Notes: generated by a model from the sequence alone, not told the origin. A stretch of 40,375 nucleotides of DNA from Candidatus Hermodarchaeota archaeon (GCA_016840065.1 JAEOTB010000023.1:1-40375), one strand, 5' to 3'; positions 19,548 to 29,230 are shown, numbered from the stretch's first letter. Translations and numbers: made by a program.

Positions 19548-19898
19548 ATGCGTGTCATGAACAGCAGCAGAAACACGATAGCCCAAATCTCTGGGAGCAG
19601 GATTATGAGCAGCAGCGGAAGTACTTGGGGCTATGTTGAGAGTGGTCGTGTGATGAACAGTAGCCGCAGTACAATCGGATATGTTGAAAATGGCTACGTG
19701 ATGAATTCCTCAAGAAGCACCATCGGTCGCTACGACTCAGGACGGATAAGCTCCTCCTCAGGATCGACTCGTTTCTATATCGAAGGAACTAGAATAATGA
19801 GCAGTAGTCGGAATAGTATTGGTTATACTAGTGAATCAGCTGAATCATACCTTGAAGAAGTTATAGCATATATCGTCTTCTTTTCCGACTGGTGGTGA
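19548..19898 (+). CDS. Six-repeat beta-hairpin protein, beta-flower-like
   Basis: AGGAGG SD; 6 x 16-aa repeats (R-V/I-M-N/S-SS-x-S-T-I-G-Y-V-E-x-G) and a hydrophobic C-terminal helix. Confidence 0.75.
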   Translation: MRVMNSSRNTIAQISGSRIMSSSGSTWGYVESGRVMNSSRSTIGYVENGYVMNSSRSTIGRYDSGRISSSSGSTRFYIEGTRIMSSSRNSIGYTSESAESYLEEVIAYIVFFSDWW

Positions 19899-19937
19899 TT
19901 TAGCTACAATTACTAACTACAAATTTTAAGGACATAG

Positions 19938-20158
19938 GAAGGGAGCAGCCATTTCAAAGGCGCTGCATTGCATTTGAGGGCAGCTGCTCACCTTCATCGC
20001 CTGGTTATACCAGCTATTGTTCTGACAATGCTCGGATGTTAAGACGCTACTGGTCCTGAAGCAGTCGCTTCAAACCGGACCAGTATTCCGAGAACCATTG
20101 CAGGAATTGAACTCTAGCACCAACCAAACCTTCAGGGAGAAAAAGGCTGGCATAACCA
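19938..20158 (-). ncRNA. Candidate structured non-coding RNA of unknown family
   Basis: Five nested helices over 20002-20158 plus a hairpin at 19938-19995; TATA-like TTTATTAA about 30 nt upstream on the minus strand. Confidence 0.6.
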
Positions 20159-20177
20159 ACAATATCCTCTACCCGAA

Positions 20178-20187
20178 TTTTAATAAA
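20178..20187 (-). promoter_or_regulatory. TATA-like box upstream of the candidate ncRNA (could also serve the divergent hydantoinase operon)
   Basis: Minus strand tttattaaaa, first T about 30 nt before the first paired G (20157). Confidence 0.5.
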
Positions 20188-20266
20188 CCTAATTATTGCG
20201 GCAACAGTTTCGAAGTAAAACTAGAAATAGCTAGGGGCTTCTTTCTCCCTTTATGAGGTCCTTGCC

Positions 20267-22327
20267 TTGAGTAAACAAGGTTCCAGACCAGTTCGTATCG
20301 GTATTGATGTTGGAGGAACCTTCACTGATGTACTCCTTGTCGACCATCAAGGTCAGCGCTGGCATGTTAAGGTTCCGTCAACACCAAGTGATTCTTCGCA
20401 GGGAGTTCTCAGAGGTCTACAAGAAGTATTAGATTTGGCTGAGACAGCACCAAATCAGATCTCCTACATCCTTCACGGTACGACTGTTGCAACGAATGCA
20501 GTATTACAGCGACAAGGCGCAAGAATCAGCCTTATTACAACTAAAGGGTTTGAGAATCTCCTTGAAATTGGACGACAGCAGCGCCCTTCACTGTATGATA
20601 TATCAGTTGACAGAATTCCTCCATTAGTACCCCGAGAACGTTGTATTGGAGTTATTGAGCGGATTACATCCGATGGGAGACTTCACACTAAATTAACTAA
20701 AAAGGAAGCCGCCAAGGTTGCTAGAATATCGGGGGAAAATGTTGAGGCGGTTGCGGTCTGCTTGCTGTTCGGTTACAGCAACCCTTCTCATGAAAAACAA
20801 TTGTACAGACATTTAGAGTCTCTCTATCCTGGAATCCCTGTTTCTCTTTCTTCAGAAGTCTTGCCGGAGTACCGTGAGTATGAACGGATGTCTACGACAG
20901 TTCTTGAAGCGTATGTTACTCCACTGCTTTCGACTTACCTACAGAACCTCGAAGATGCACTCAAGTCAGCTAATGTGACAGCCCCTCTATTAGTTATGCA
21001 GAGTCACGGGGGAATCCTTCAGTCTTCCTTGGCTCGACAGCAAGCTGCACGATTATTATTCAGTGGTCTTGCAGGCGGCACTCTAGGAGGACGCTATACC
21101 AGCCAGGTCACTAATGAAGATAATCTTATCACATTTGACATGGGCGGCACAAGCACGGATGTAGCACTAATAACAAAAGGAGAAATTCGTGAAACCACAG
21201 AAGGACACATTGGAGGACTCCCCTGTCGTGCGCCAATGGTAGATGTTGAGACAGTGGGAGCAGGTGGTGGTAGCATTGCTTGGATTGACGACGGAGGTAT
21301 TCTGCGAGTTGGACCACATAGTGCTGGTGCCGACCCTGGTCCTTGTTGTTACAATAAAGGTGGTCGTGAAGCAACCGTAACTGATGCTAATCTAATTCTG
21401 GGCCGACTGAACCCACACTATTTTCTTGGAGGCAAACTACCTCTCCACCCTCAACCTGCTCGAGAACAGCTACTGCGCCTGAGTCGACAGCTTCGTCTTT
21501 CTATGGAGGAGTTCGCCTTTGGTATCATACGTGTTGTTAACGCCAACATGGAACGTGCCATCCGACTTGTTTCTATTCAACGGGGATATGATCCTCGCGA
21601 CTTTGCCCTTGTTGCCTTTGGAGGTGCTGGACCCATGCATGCTTGGGCTTTAGCAAAGGAACTTGGAATTCCACGTGTGATTGTTCCACTTGCGCCTGGA
21701 CTACACTCTGCTCTTGGATTGTTAGCTACTAACTTACGCTGCGACCGTAGTCGTACAGTTCTCATACCAGCGAGTACTCCAGATTTTTCGGAACTTACCA
21801 CTACATACCAAAATCTCGAGTCCGCTACTAAACAACTACTTCGGGCGCAAGGAGTAAAAGAAAAGGATATCCACACTCGACGTTTGGTAGACCTCCGTTA
21901 CCGGGGACAAGCCTACGAGTTTACATTAGATGCGCCGAAAGGGAGAATAAATCAGAATTGGTTAAATCGATTACTTGAGAGCTTCCACACAAGACACAAG
22001 CGAAGATATGGTTATTCAACCCCTTACGACGAAGTAACCATCGTTAACCTGCGTATCACTACCATTGGTTCCATGCCAGCCTTACTGCCTCCAAATATCT
22101 CTGAAACAGGAATGAGACCCGTACCAAAGGAACAACGTAGAGTATATTTTGAGGAGCTTCAAGAATTTGTAGAGACGCCAATCTTTGAAAGGTCATCTTT
22201 AGGGCTCGGCTCTGAGATACAGGGCCCAGCCATAATTGAACAGCTAGACTCAACGACCATCGTTCACCCGAATACTAAGGCGGTTATGCGAAAAGACGGC
22301 AACCTCCTGTTGGAGGAGATTCGATGA
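20267..22327 (+). CDS. hyuA: Hydantoinase A / 5-oxoprolinase N-terminal-type subunit
   Basis: IGIDVGGTFTD, HGTTVATNA, DMGGTSTD, GAGGGS, GPHSAGADPGP, FGGAGPMH. Confidence 0.93.
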   Translation: MSKQGSRPVRIGIDVGGTFTDVLLVDHQGQRWHVKVPSTPSDSSQGVLRGLQEVLDLAETAPNQISYILHGTTVATNAVLQRQGARISLITTKGFENLLEIGRQQRPSLYDISVDRIPPLVPRERCIGVIERITSDGRLHTKLTKKEAAKVARISGENVEAVAVCLLFGYSNPSHEKQLYRHLESLYPGIPVSLSSEVLPEYREYERMSTTVLEAYVTPLLSTYLQNLEDALKSANVTAPLLVMQSHGGILQSSLARQQAARLLFSGLAGGTLGGRYTSQVTNEDNLITFDMGGTSTDVALITKGEIRETTEGHIGGLPCRAPMVDVETVGAGGGSIAWIDDGGILRVGPHSAGADPGPCCYNKGGREATVTDANLILGRLNPHYFLGGKLPLHPQPAREQLLRLSRQLRLSMEEFAFGIIRVVNANMERAIRLVSIQRGYDPRDFALVAFGGAGPMHAWALAKELGIPRVIVPLAPGLHSALGLLATNLRCDRSRTVLIPASTPDFSELTTTYQNLESATKQLLRAQGVKEKDIHTRRLVDLRYRGQAYEFTLDAPKGRINQNWLNRLLESFHTRHKRRYGYSTPYDEVTIVNLRITTIGSMPALLPPNISETGMRPVPKEQRRVYFEELQEFVETPIFERSSLGLGSEIQGPAIIEQLDSTTIVHPNTKAVMRKDGNLLLEEIR

Positions 22328-23928
22328 AAACTGACCCAGTTACCTTTGAGGTTCTCAGGAACGCATTTGTCTCTGTAGCAGAGGAAATGGGTGCAAGTCT
22401 GATTCGCACAGCATTCTCACCAAATATTAAGGAGCGCCGTGACTGTTCAGCCGCTGTGTTTGATAGCCTAGGAAGAATGGTCAGCCAAGCTGAACATATC
22501 CCAGTTCACCTAGGAGCCATGCCAGAGTCCATCAAAGCTGCCCTAGTCGAGTTCCCTGCTGATCTTTGGAATGATGGTGATGTGGTTATCCTCAACGACC
22601 CCTTCGAAGGAGGAACACACCTACCAGATATCACCTTGATTTCACCTGTATTCACTTCTGGGGAGCTTACTGGCTTTGTAGCGAATCGAGCTCACCATGC
22701 TGACGTGGGTGGCAAAGCACCTGGATCTATGCCTGGTGACTCTACTGAGATATTTCAAGAGGGGCTCCGAATACCTCCTCTGAAATTAATTGAGGAAGAG
22801 ACTCTTAATCAGGAGGTGTGGCGTCTACTACTTGCTAACGTTAGAACCCCTCGTGAACGCCAAGGAGATTTACGGGCACAACTTGCCGCAAACAATACTG
22901 GTCTCCGTCGATTTCAGGCAATTACTGAGAAATACGGAGTGGCAGCAGTAACGACTTTTCTTGGGGATCTTCTAGCCTATTCGGAGCGGCGTATGCAGAA
23001 GCAGATTAGGCAAATGCCAAAGGGCAGTTATTCGTTTACCGACTATCTTGACAACGATGGCATTACAGAGGAACCAGTGAAACTTTCAGTAAAGGTAACA
23101 ATTGACAGAACACGGATTTCTTTTGATTTCTCAGGCACAAGCCCGCAACGACAAGGAAACGTAAACGCAACCTTTGCAGTGACTCTCTCAACATCCTACT
23201 ATGTCCTTCGCTGCGTCACTGACCCCACAATTCCCGCTAATGCAGGGTGTTACAGACCCCTCACCGTTAGAGCACCACCAGGCTCACTTCTAAACCCTAC
23301 TCCTCCAGCAGCAGTAGCCGCAGGAAATGTAGAAACCTCCCAGCGCGTAGTTGATGTGCTCTTCGGCGCCCTCGCAAAAGCACTCCCTGACCGAATCCCT
23401 GCAGCTAGCCAAGGTACAATGAATAACCTCACCATAGGAGGTATAATTCCAGGAACCACTCATGCCTTTACATTCTACGAAACAATTGGTGGTGGCATTG
23501 GAGCGAGACCAACCAAAAACGGTGTAGATGGTATTCACAGCCATATGACAAACACCATGAACACACCTATTGAAGCTCTCGAAACAAGCTATCCGCTCAG
23601 AGTCCGTTGCTACCACCTTATTCCAGGTAGTGGTGGAAAGGGACTATTTCGTGGTGGATTAGGTATCCGCCGAGACATCGAGATTCTCATTGACCAAGCA
23701 ATCGTTTCCATTCAGAGTGAGCGCCGCCACTACGCTCCTTGGGGTCTTCAAGGTGGTATGCCTGGACGAAGGGGTGTGAACCAACGCTGGCGTGGTGGAA
23801 AGTGGGAGAAACTCCCCAGCAAGATTACCTTCACTGCCTCAAGAGGAGAAGTTGTAAGTATACAGACTCCAGGAGGGGGTGGTTTTGGGAAGCCAAAGCA
23901 GAGGAGTCGAAGAAAGTCACAGAAGTAG
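22324..23928 (+). CDS. hyuB: Hydantoinase B / 5-oxoprolinase C-terminal-type subunit
   Basis: [46 protein letters not shown]. Confidence 0.93.
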   Translation: MKTDPVTFEVLRNAFVSVAEEMGASLIRTAFSPNIKERRDCSAAVFDSLGRMVSQAEHIPVHLGAMPESIKAALVEFPADLWNDGDVVILNDPFEGGTHLPDITLISPVFTSGELTGFVANRAHHADVGGKAPGSMPGDSTEIFQEGLRIPPLKLIEEETLNQEVWRLLLANVRTPRERQGDLRAQLAANNTGLRRFQAITEKYGVAAVTTFLGDLLAYSERRMQKQIRQMPKGSYSFTDYLDNDGITEEPVKLSVKVTIDRTRISFDFSGTSPQRQGNVNATFAVTLSTSYYVLRCVTDPTIPANAGCYRPLTVRAPPGSLLNPTPPAAVAAGNVETSQRVVDVLFGALAKALPDRIPAASQGTMNNLTIGGIIPGTTHAFTFYETIGGGIGARPTKNGVDGIHSHMTNTMNTPIEALETSYPLRVRCYHLIPGSGGKGLFRGGLGIRRDIEILIDQAIVSIQSERRHYAPWGLQGGMPGRRGVNQRWRGGKWEKLPSKITFTASRGEVVSIQTPGGGGFGKPKQRSRRKSQK

Positions 23929-24561
23929 ACTTAGAACGAAGGCTCTCCAACAAAAAGAGATGCCAAAATAGATGAGAAAAACGGTGAAGACGAGCATGAG
24001 CACTGTATAACCTCTGCTCCCCATTAGATTTGCACCTTTTTTAGTGAGCCAAGCTGTACCAGTGAGCCAAACGTAATCCATCCAGACATGTGCCGCAAAC
24101 ATGATGAAAACACCAGCAAGAGCAGCGATGAGGAGGGCCTCGAAAACCAGGTTAGCACCAGCGGTCAACCACCAAAATAGAAAATATGGGTTCAATCCAC
24201 TAAAGATAAGGCCAGCGATAAGTGGATGACGTGAGGTCGCGGCAGGCTCTACTTTTGCCAAGTGAGTTTCTGATCTTGAGTGAATCACCTCACGGATTTG
24301 CAGGCCAGCAAAGAGGAGTAGTACTACTCCACCCACCGCTGCAATAATCACTTCCAACAACAGGTTGTTAATTACCAAGTTTAGACCAAAGGCGATTAGT
24401 AGAATTAGGGGTAACTCGATGAAAGTGTGCCCAATTGAGAGCCAGAGACCACCTCGCCAACCCCAACGAGATGCATTGGATAAATTAGTGACAAGTAGTG
24501 GTCCAGGTGAGAGAGCTCCGCTCATCGTTACAAAAACCACGGTTAGCAAGAAATACTGCAC
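23917..24561 (-). CDS. LysE-family transporter
   Basis: SGALSPGPL, GHTFIELP, LNPYFLFWW. Confidence 0.9.
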   Translation of the reverse strand: MQYFLLTVVFVTMSGALSPGPLLVTNLSNASRWGWRGGLWLSIGHTFIELPLILLIAFGLNLVINNLLLEVIIAAVGGVVLLLFAGLQIREVIHSRSETHLAKVEPAATSRHPLIAGLIFSGLNPYFLFWWLTAGANLVFEALLIAALAGVFIMFAAHVWMDYVWLTGTAWLTKKGANLMGSRGYTVLMLVFTVFLIYFGISFCWRAFVLSLLL

Positions 24562-24579
24562 CTAAGAGCACCCTGGTAA

Positions 24580-25209
24580 CTAGCTTTCCCAATTATCTAA
24601 CAGTTCCGCTATGAGGTCTGAGATTTCAGATTTTATTTTATCTAGGCTTTTATTACCGTCAAGGATAATCCATCTTTTCGCTAGCGCACCATCATAAACT
24701 AGGTGACGATACTGTCTGGCGACAGCAGTTAGTAGAGCGAGGTCACGTTCATGCCGGTCGGGTGGTGTTCTCCTTTGGCACCTCTGCATTGCAGTTTGAG
24801 GTGCAACTTCTATGAAAAACCCAATATCAGGGATGAGTGGTTTTACCAAGTCGAGAATCGCAAGGGCCCGTCCGTAGTAGAAGCCTTGAGCGGTTTGAAA
24901 CGCGACCGTCGATGCGAAATATCGGTCAACAATTACAAAGTCTCCCCTGGCAAGGATTTCCTCAAGTTTAGATTGATCCTTGATTATGTCAGTAAAATAT
25001 GTGAAGAATTGCTCTACAGGATCGAGTTCTAGGTCATTATTGAGATACTCTTTGATGATTTTTCCCCAAGGACTATCGTAATCGGGGTACCTGAATGTCT
25101 CTACCTGAACCCCCCGCTGTGTTAATTGATCCTTCAGGAAGTTCGTCAAAGTTTTTTTTCCAGCGCCATCGATACCCTCGAAGGCGACGAGCCAGCCTCT
25201 TTTTGTCAT
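24580..25209 (-). CDS. tmk: Thymidylate kinase
   Basis: FEGIDGAGKKT, DRYFASTVAFQ, PDIGFFIEV. Confidence 0.92.
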   Translation of the reverse strand: MTKRGWLVAFEGIDGAGKKTLTNFLKDQLTQRGVQVETFRYPDYDSPWGKIIKEYLNNDLELDPVEQFFTYFTDIIKDQSKLEEILARGDFVIVDRYFASTVAFQTAQGFYYGRALAILDLVKPLIPDIGFFIEVAPQTAMQRCQRRTPPDRHERDLALLTAVARQYRHLVYDGALAKRWIILDGNKSLDKIKSEISDLIAELLDNWES

Positions 25210-25281
25210 GACTACGTCGAGCTTATATCCATCTCTCTGTTAATAATACCTTGCTACATAATTAGTTTTAATGTGATTGTG

Positions 25282-25515
25282 ATGAGCTTCAGAGACCAGG
25301 TAAGTCAGTATGTTGGATGGAAAATTCGGTTTGTAGTTGATGGAACACAAGGCTTGGTAATGGTCCAAATGGGTGCTTATAAGCTGGAAGGGATTCTACA
25401 GGAAGTTGGTAAAGATTACATCAAAGTCTTATTGAAAGGTAAACTTGAAGTCTACGTTCCATTTACAAAACTATCAGCCTTTGTCCCGCTTCAGAAAGGG
25501 AAAAGATTAGGCTAA
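25282..25515 (+). CDS. Small Sm/Hfq-like beta-barrel protein (tentative)
   Basis: Helix, then VGWKIRFVV..LEGILQEVGKDYIKV..EVYVPFTKLSAF, resembling the Sm1/Sm2 pattern. Confidence 0.55.
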   Translation: MSFRDQVSQYVGWKIRFVVDGTQGLVMVQMGAYKLEGILQEVGKDYIKVLLKGKLEVYVPFTKLSAFVPLQKGKRLG

Positions 25516-25619
25516 ATATCATAAGTCGTTGATGGCTCTCCCAAAAGAGTATCATATGGTTTATACGGGGTGCTATGACTAGCCTTTAATCGCGCTCCTA
25601 TGGGAGAGTATCAAGACAA

Positions 25620-26033
25620 TTAGACATTTAGTATGTCTTTCTTTAGCATCGCGTGATGGCGTTTCTCATCCTCGAGTACGTGTTCAAGCAGTGCTTTGAT
25701 GGTTTTCTGTTCGATTTTGGGAATGGTTTCCTCAAGTAAGGCAATCATATCCTCTTCAGCCTTGATGTGTTCAGCCAGTTCACGCTTAGCTACGAGTTTA
25801 TCCACCCAACGTTCTACATGGAAGTCTTTGAGAGAGTAGGGGGTTTCCTCGAGGACTCGCTTTATGGTCCGGTAGATTCTTGCATGTTTAGCTGAATCCA
25901 TCCGCATTGATTCAATGAGTAGCTTCACGGCTACGTTTTCAATCATTAGTGTCGTTTCGCCGTACAACTCGACCGCTTTATCTTCAATCTTGATTGCTTT
26001 TTCTAACATTTTCAATAATTTCTCATGAGCCAT
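25620..26033 (-). CDS. Ferritin-like (rubrerythrin-type four-helix) protein
   Basis: E..DSAKH..E..DEKRHH diiron-type pattern. Confidence 0.85.
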   Translation of the reverse strand: MAHEKLLKMLEKAIKIEDKAVELYGETTLMIENVAVKLLIESMRMDSAKHARIYRTIKRVLEETPYSLKDFHVERWVDKLVAKRELAEHIKAEEDMIALLEETIPKIEQKTIKALLEHVLEDEKRHHAMLKKDILNV

Positions 26034-26110
26034 TGGTATCACCTAGGAACCCAAGATATTTGCAGAAAGGAGTTTCCAACTGAATAAGGGTTTGCTTCTT
26101 ACTAAACACT

Positions 26111-26518
26111 CTAGATTTTCCAGATTTCCTGTCTCAATATTTCATGATGGCGCTTTTCGTCAGCTAAAATGTGCTTGAGCAGATTCTTTACAATTGGATC
26201 TTTTACAGATAGCAGCTGCTCTTTGATTAGCTCAATCATCTGTTTCTCTCGATTTACATGCTCTCTGATTGCTTCAACACCTTTGTTACGTTGTTGCCAT
26301 GTGCTGACAAAGGTTTCTCGTGAGAGGTCGCCAGCTTTCAGGTGCTGGAGAATTATTGTAATTAGGCTAGCGTGTTTAGCTGAATCGGCGGCACAAATCT
26401 CGAAGAATGCTTTAATCCCTGGATGGTCGATTTCCTTTTGTTCGGCACGCAATGATTTTATCGAACCCTTCTCAAGTCTCAGTTGCCGTTCTAACAAGTC
26501 GATTAGTTCACGTGTCAT
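26111..26518 (-). CDS. Ferritin-like protein, paralog of the neighbouring gene
   Basis: E..DSAKH..E..DEKRHH. Confidence 0.85.
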   Translation of the reverse strand: MTRELIDLLERQLRLEKGSIKSLRAEQKEIDHPGIKAFFEICAADSAKHASLITIILQHLKAGDLSRETFVSTWQQRNKGVEAIREHVNREKQMIELIKEQLLSVKDPIVKNLLKHILADEKRHHEILRQEIWKI

Positions 26519-26524
26519 AACGCA

Positions 26525-27067
26525 TCACTTTTCAAGTTTCCTTGCAAGAGATTCATAAGTTTCGTGTACTTTTGGCATCATCTTTGCATCAAAGGCTTTG
26601 AACTCTTTAGCAAGGTGTTTCATAGCAGCAGCATCTAGTAATTGACGTATTGCTGGAAACAATTCGGTATCCTCACTCTTTACATGTGGCTCCATTAGTT
26701 GAACGTAGGCAGTTAGATAGTTGATGACGCGCTGGCGAGCAGCAGGCACTCCAGCGAGGTAGTCTTTTGCAGCTCGTCGCAATCCTGCAACATAGGTGAG
26801 GAGTTCAGTATGGTCGTCAACGAGTTCACGGATGGTTTGGGCGATTTCAGGAGAAACTCTTAGACGTTCCAAGAAACGGAAGAGAATTCGTTCCTCCTTA
26901 ACGTGATGCACAATGTCGCCATAAGTACTCATGAAGTCGATAATGCCCCAAAAAATATCCTCAGAAAGCTCTTCATTTTCTTTTAGTTGATTACGCCGTT
27001 TTGTAATCGCTTTCACTGCACGTTTGATTAGTTTGTGCTCCATTGTTAAGTGTTCTAGGGGATTCAT
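26525..27067 (-). CDS. Hemerythrin (HHE) domain protein
   Basis: LTMEH, HHVKEERILF, DDH, HVKSEDTELFP. Confidence 0.9.
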   Translation of the reverse strand: MNPLEHLTMEHKLIKRAVKAITKRRNQLKENEELSEDIFWGIIDFMSTYGDIVHHVKEERILFRFLERLRVSPEIAQTIRELVDDHTELLTYVAGLRRAAKDYLAGVPAARQRVINYLTAYVQLMEPHVKSEDTELFPAIRQLLDAAAMKHLAKEFKAFDAKMMPKVHETYESLARKLEK

Positions 27068-27202
27068 CTTAGGGCGCCCTCCTGCAGTATAATTAAGGAT
27101 AACCCACCGTATCGCAAGACCTCTCTTAAATGCTCACATTTTACGAACTAGACGAGTTGTGAGTTGTGTGACTATTAGATGAACGGTTCAAAGAGATATC
27201 CG

Positions 27203-27321
27203 TCATTCGTGTTTGTGACTACTATCTAGCTTAGTAAGTAGCTGGCGTACGCGTTCTTCGATTTCATCCCGGATTTCCCTAACATTATCGGTTTCCCCTT
27301 AGGATCTTCAAGCTTCTTCCA
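27203..27321 (-). pseudogene. arsC: Frameshifted 3' remnant of arsenate reductase ArsC (LMW-PTP family)
   Basis: Minus strand reads WKKLEDPKGKP, shifts frame, then VREIRDEIEERVRQLL...*; no CX5R N-terminal part present. Confidence 0.7.
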
Positions 27322-27420
27322 AGTCAGCAGGTGAAATTCTCGAGAACTTTCAATTTCCACAATAAATAAGAGAGATTAGCTGTTAATGGGATTTCTCATT
27401 TGCTAGAGAGCGGTGAACCT

Positions 27421-29148
27421 ATGCTCGGATTACGTAAGCGATACCTTGTATTGATAATCAGTATTTTGATGATTGTTGCCGGAATCTCCTCTGCGTGGGC
27501 GGTTCAAACCAACTTTGGCTCCGTCCTTGCTAGTGAGATTGATTTGTTTACTACAGAAGGTGTTCTGATTCACAGTACACTCCAAGTGCCTTCCGCAGCA
27601 TCGGCTTCGAATCCGATGCCTGGCGTCGTGGTTATCCACGGTGTGATTCAGTCAAAGGAATGGGTGATGGGATTTGGCATCGAGCTTGCACGCCGTGGCT
27701 TTATCGCGTTAACCATTGACGCCAGCGCACATGGGAACTCAGACCCGAGTAGTTACGGTGCTGACCGTGGGGGGATAGTCGCCCTCGAATATCTAGACAG
27801 TCTACCCTTTGTGAGCACCATAGGAATGGTTGGTCACTCCATGGGTGCAGGAATCGCGATAGACGCAATCAATGAATCATCTGTCACAGTAGATGCATTG
27901 GTTGTTGTTGGCGGTGGCACAACAGACTTCACAACCCCGTGGGCCAACTCCACCTACCCAAGTAATGTACTAATTACCGTGGGACTTTATGATGAGCTGT
28001 TCGATGTCCCAGATATGCTCACATCACTGGCGAGCTTCTTTGGAACCACAGCACCCATCCTAATCGGTCACCAATACGGAACCTTCACAAACGGCAGTGC
28101 CCGAATGCTTATCGCTCCACCCACCAACCATCTCTTCGAAACAATTGAACCAGTAATCATTAGTGAAACCATAGAATGGCTTGAAAACAGCTTACGGACA
28201 GGTTCCAACCCGTATTGGATTCCCAAACAAAACCTCATCTATCCATACTTCATTGCAGGTGGACTCATCGCCTGCCTTGGTATTCTCCTCTCCATTGCCC
28301 CCCTACTGGTTATCCTCATTGAACTGCCGCTCTTCTCCAAAATTAAGAAGGTCCCCTCTTCAACGTATGCTGCCAGCACCCGTTCCTTTTGGGGACTGGG
28401 CATCTTGTATGGTGCTATCGGCTTGGGAAGCTTCTTGCCCTTCTTACTGCTGGGCTACATGATAGACTTCCCTCAAAGTATTGGCGCTCCTGTGGGATTG
28501 TGGTTACTGGGTAGCTGCCTCGTTGCTGCAGCTGTTCTCCTCATTATCAAAAGAAGGAACAAAGACATTCGATGGACAGATCTTGGAGTCTTTGGTACTG
28601 ATACTAAGGGTTTTCTAGTGAGTTTTGGATTGAGTGCCTTACTAGCACTTGTTGTCGTTCTCTGGCTCTACCTTTGGACGCTGCCCATTGATGTAATACT
28701 TGCTCTTGACTTTCGTGTCTTCCTCCCACTCTTCAACGATCTTACCCCTATTCGAGCACTCATCATGCCCATTTACCTGATCTTCACGGTCCCATTCTTC
28801 TTTGTTGAAGGCTTGTGGCTCATCGGACTCCTCCGAACCGCACCTAAAGCCACTTGGCTAAAAACCCAGCTCTCTTGGACCGGAAAAGCAGCCTTCATCA
28901 AAACCATACCGTTCATCGCGGTACTTCTCGTTCAGTTCAGTGTAAGTCTTGCCTTTGGTGCTCCGTTTATCACTGGTTCCATAGGATTCATGCTTCTCTT
29001 CCTGTGGATGTTCGTTCCAATGCAGGCGGTCGCAGCCTGTATCATTGCTTGGTCTTATCGCATCAGTGATCGTATCTACATCAGTGTTGTACTCAATGCC
29101 CTCACATTCAGTTGGATACTTGCTTCCATTCTTCCACTTGCCATATAG
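27421..29148 (+). CDS. Alpha/beta hydrolase with a multi-TM C-terminal domain
   Basis: PGVVVIHG, HGNS, GHSMG nucleophile elbow, YDEL, NHLFE, about 8 C-terminal TMs; GGTGA SD before ATG 27421. Confidence 0.88.
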   Translation: MLGLRKRYLVLIISILMIVAGISSAWAVQTNFGSVLASEIDLFTTEGVLIHSTLQVPSAASASNPMPGVVVIHGVIQSKEWVMGFGIELARRGFIALTIDASAHGNSDPSSYGADRGGIVALEYLDSLPFVSTIGMVGHSMGAGIAIDAINESSVTVDALVVVGGGTTDFTTPWANSTYPSNVLITVGLYDELFDVPDMLTSLASFFGTTAPILIGHQYGTFTNGSARMLIAPPTNHLFETIEPVIISETIEWLENSLRTGSNPYWIPKQNLIYPYFIAGGLIACLGILLSIAPLLVILIELPLFSKIKKVPSSTYAASTRSFWGLGILYGAIGLGSFLPFLLLGYMIDFPQSIGAPVGLWLLGSCLVAAAVLLIIKRRNKDIRWTDLGVFGTDTKGFLVSFGLSALLALVVVLWLYLWTLPIDVILALDFRVFLPLFNDLTPIRALIMPIYLIFTVPFFFVEGLWLIGLLRTAPKATWLKTQLSWTGKAAFIKTIPFIAVLLVQFSVSLAFGAPFITGSIGFMLLFLWMFVPMQAVAACIIAWSYRISDRIYISVVLNALTFSWILASILPLAI

Positions 29149-29230
29149 CTTCAATGCAGCAGGAATCTAGCGGAAACTTAAAGCAAAGTGGATGCTAAGG
29201 CATCTTGTCTTCCTGATGAGAGGTTCGTAT

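Noticed and set aside
19926-20153. Minus-strand ATG ORF that, read through TGA at 20070-72, gives 75 aa with a U-S-D-C (UxxC) selenoprotein-like motif
   Set aside because: The translation does not resemble a thioredoxin fold or any protein I recognise, and the region is better explained by RNA base pairing. A tblastn finding Cys-containing homologs would revive it.
19938-20158. SRP RNA, RNase P RNA or tRNA identity for the structured region
   Set aside because: No helix-8 GNRA/SRP54 motif, no GAGGAAAGUCC-type P4 signature, no cloverleaf
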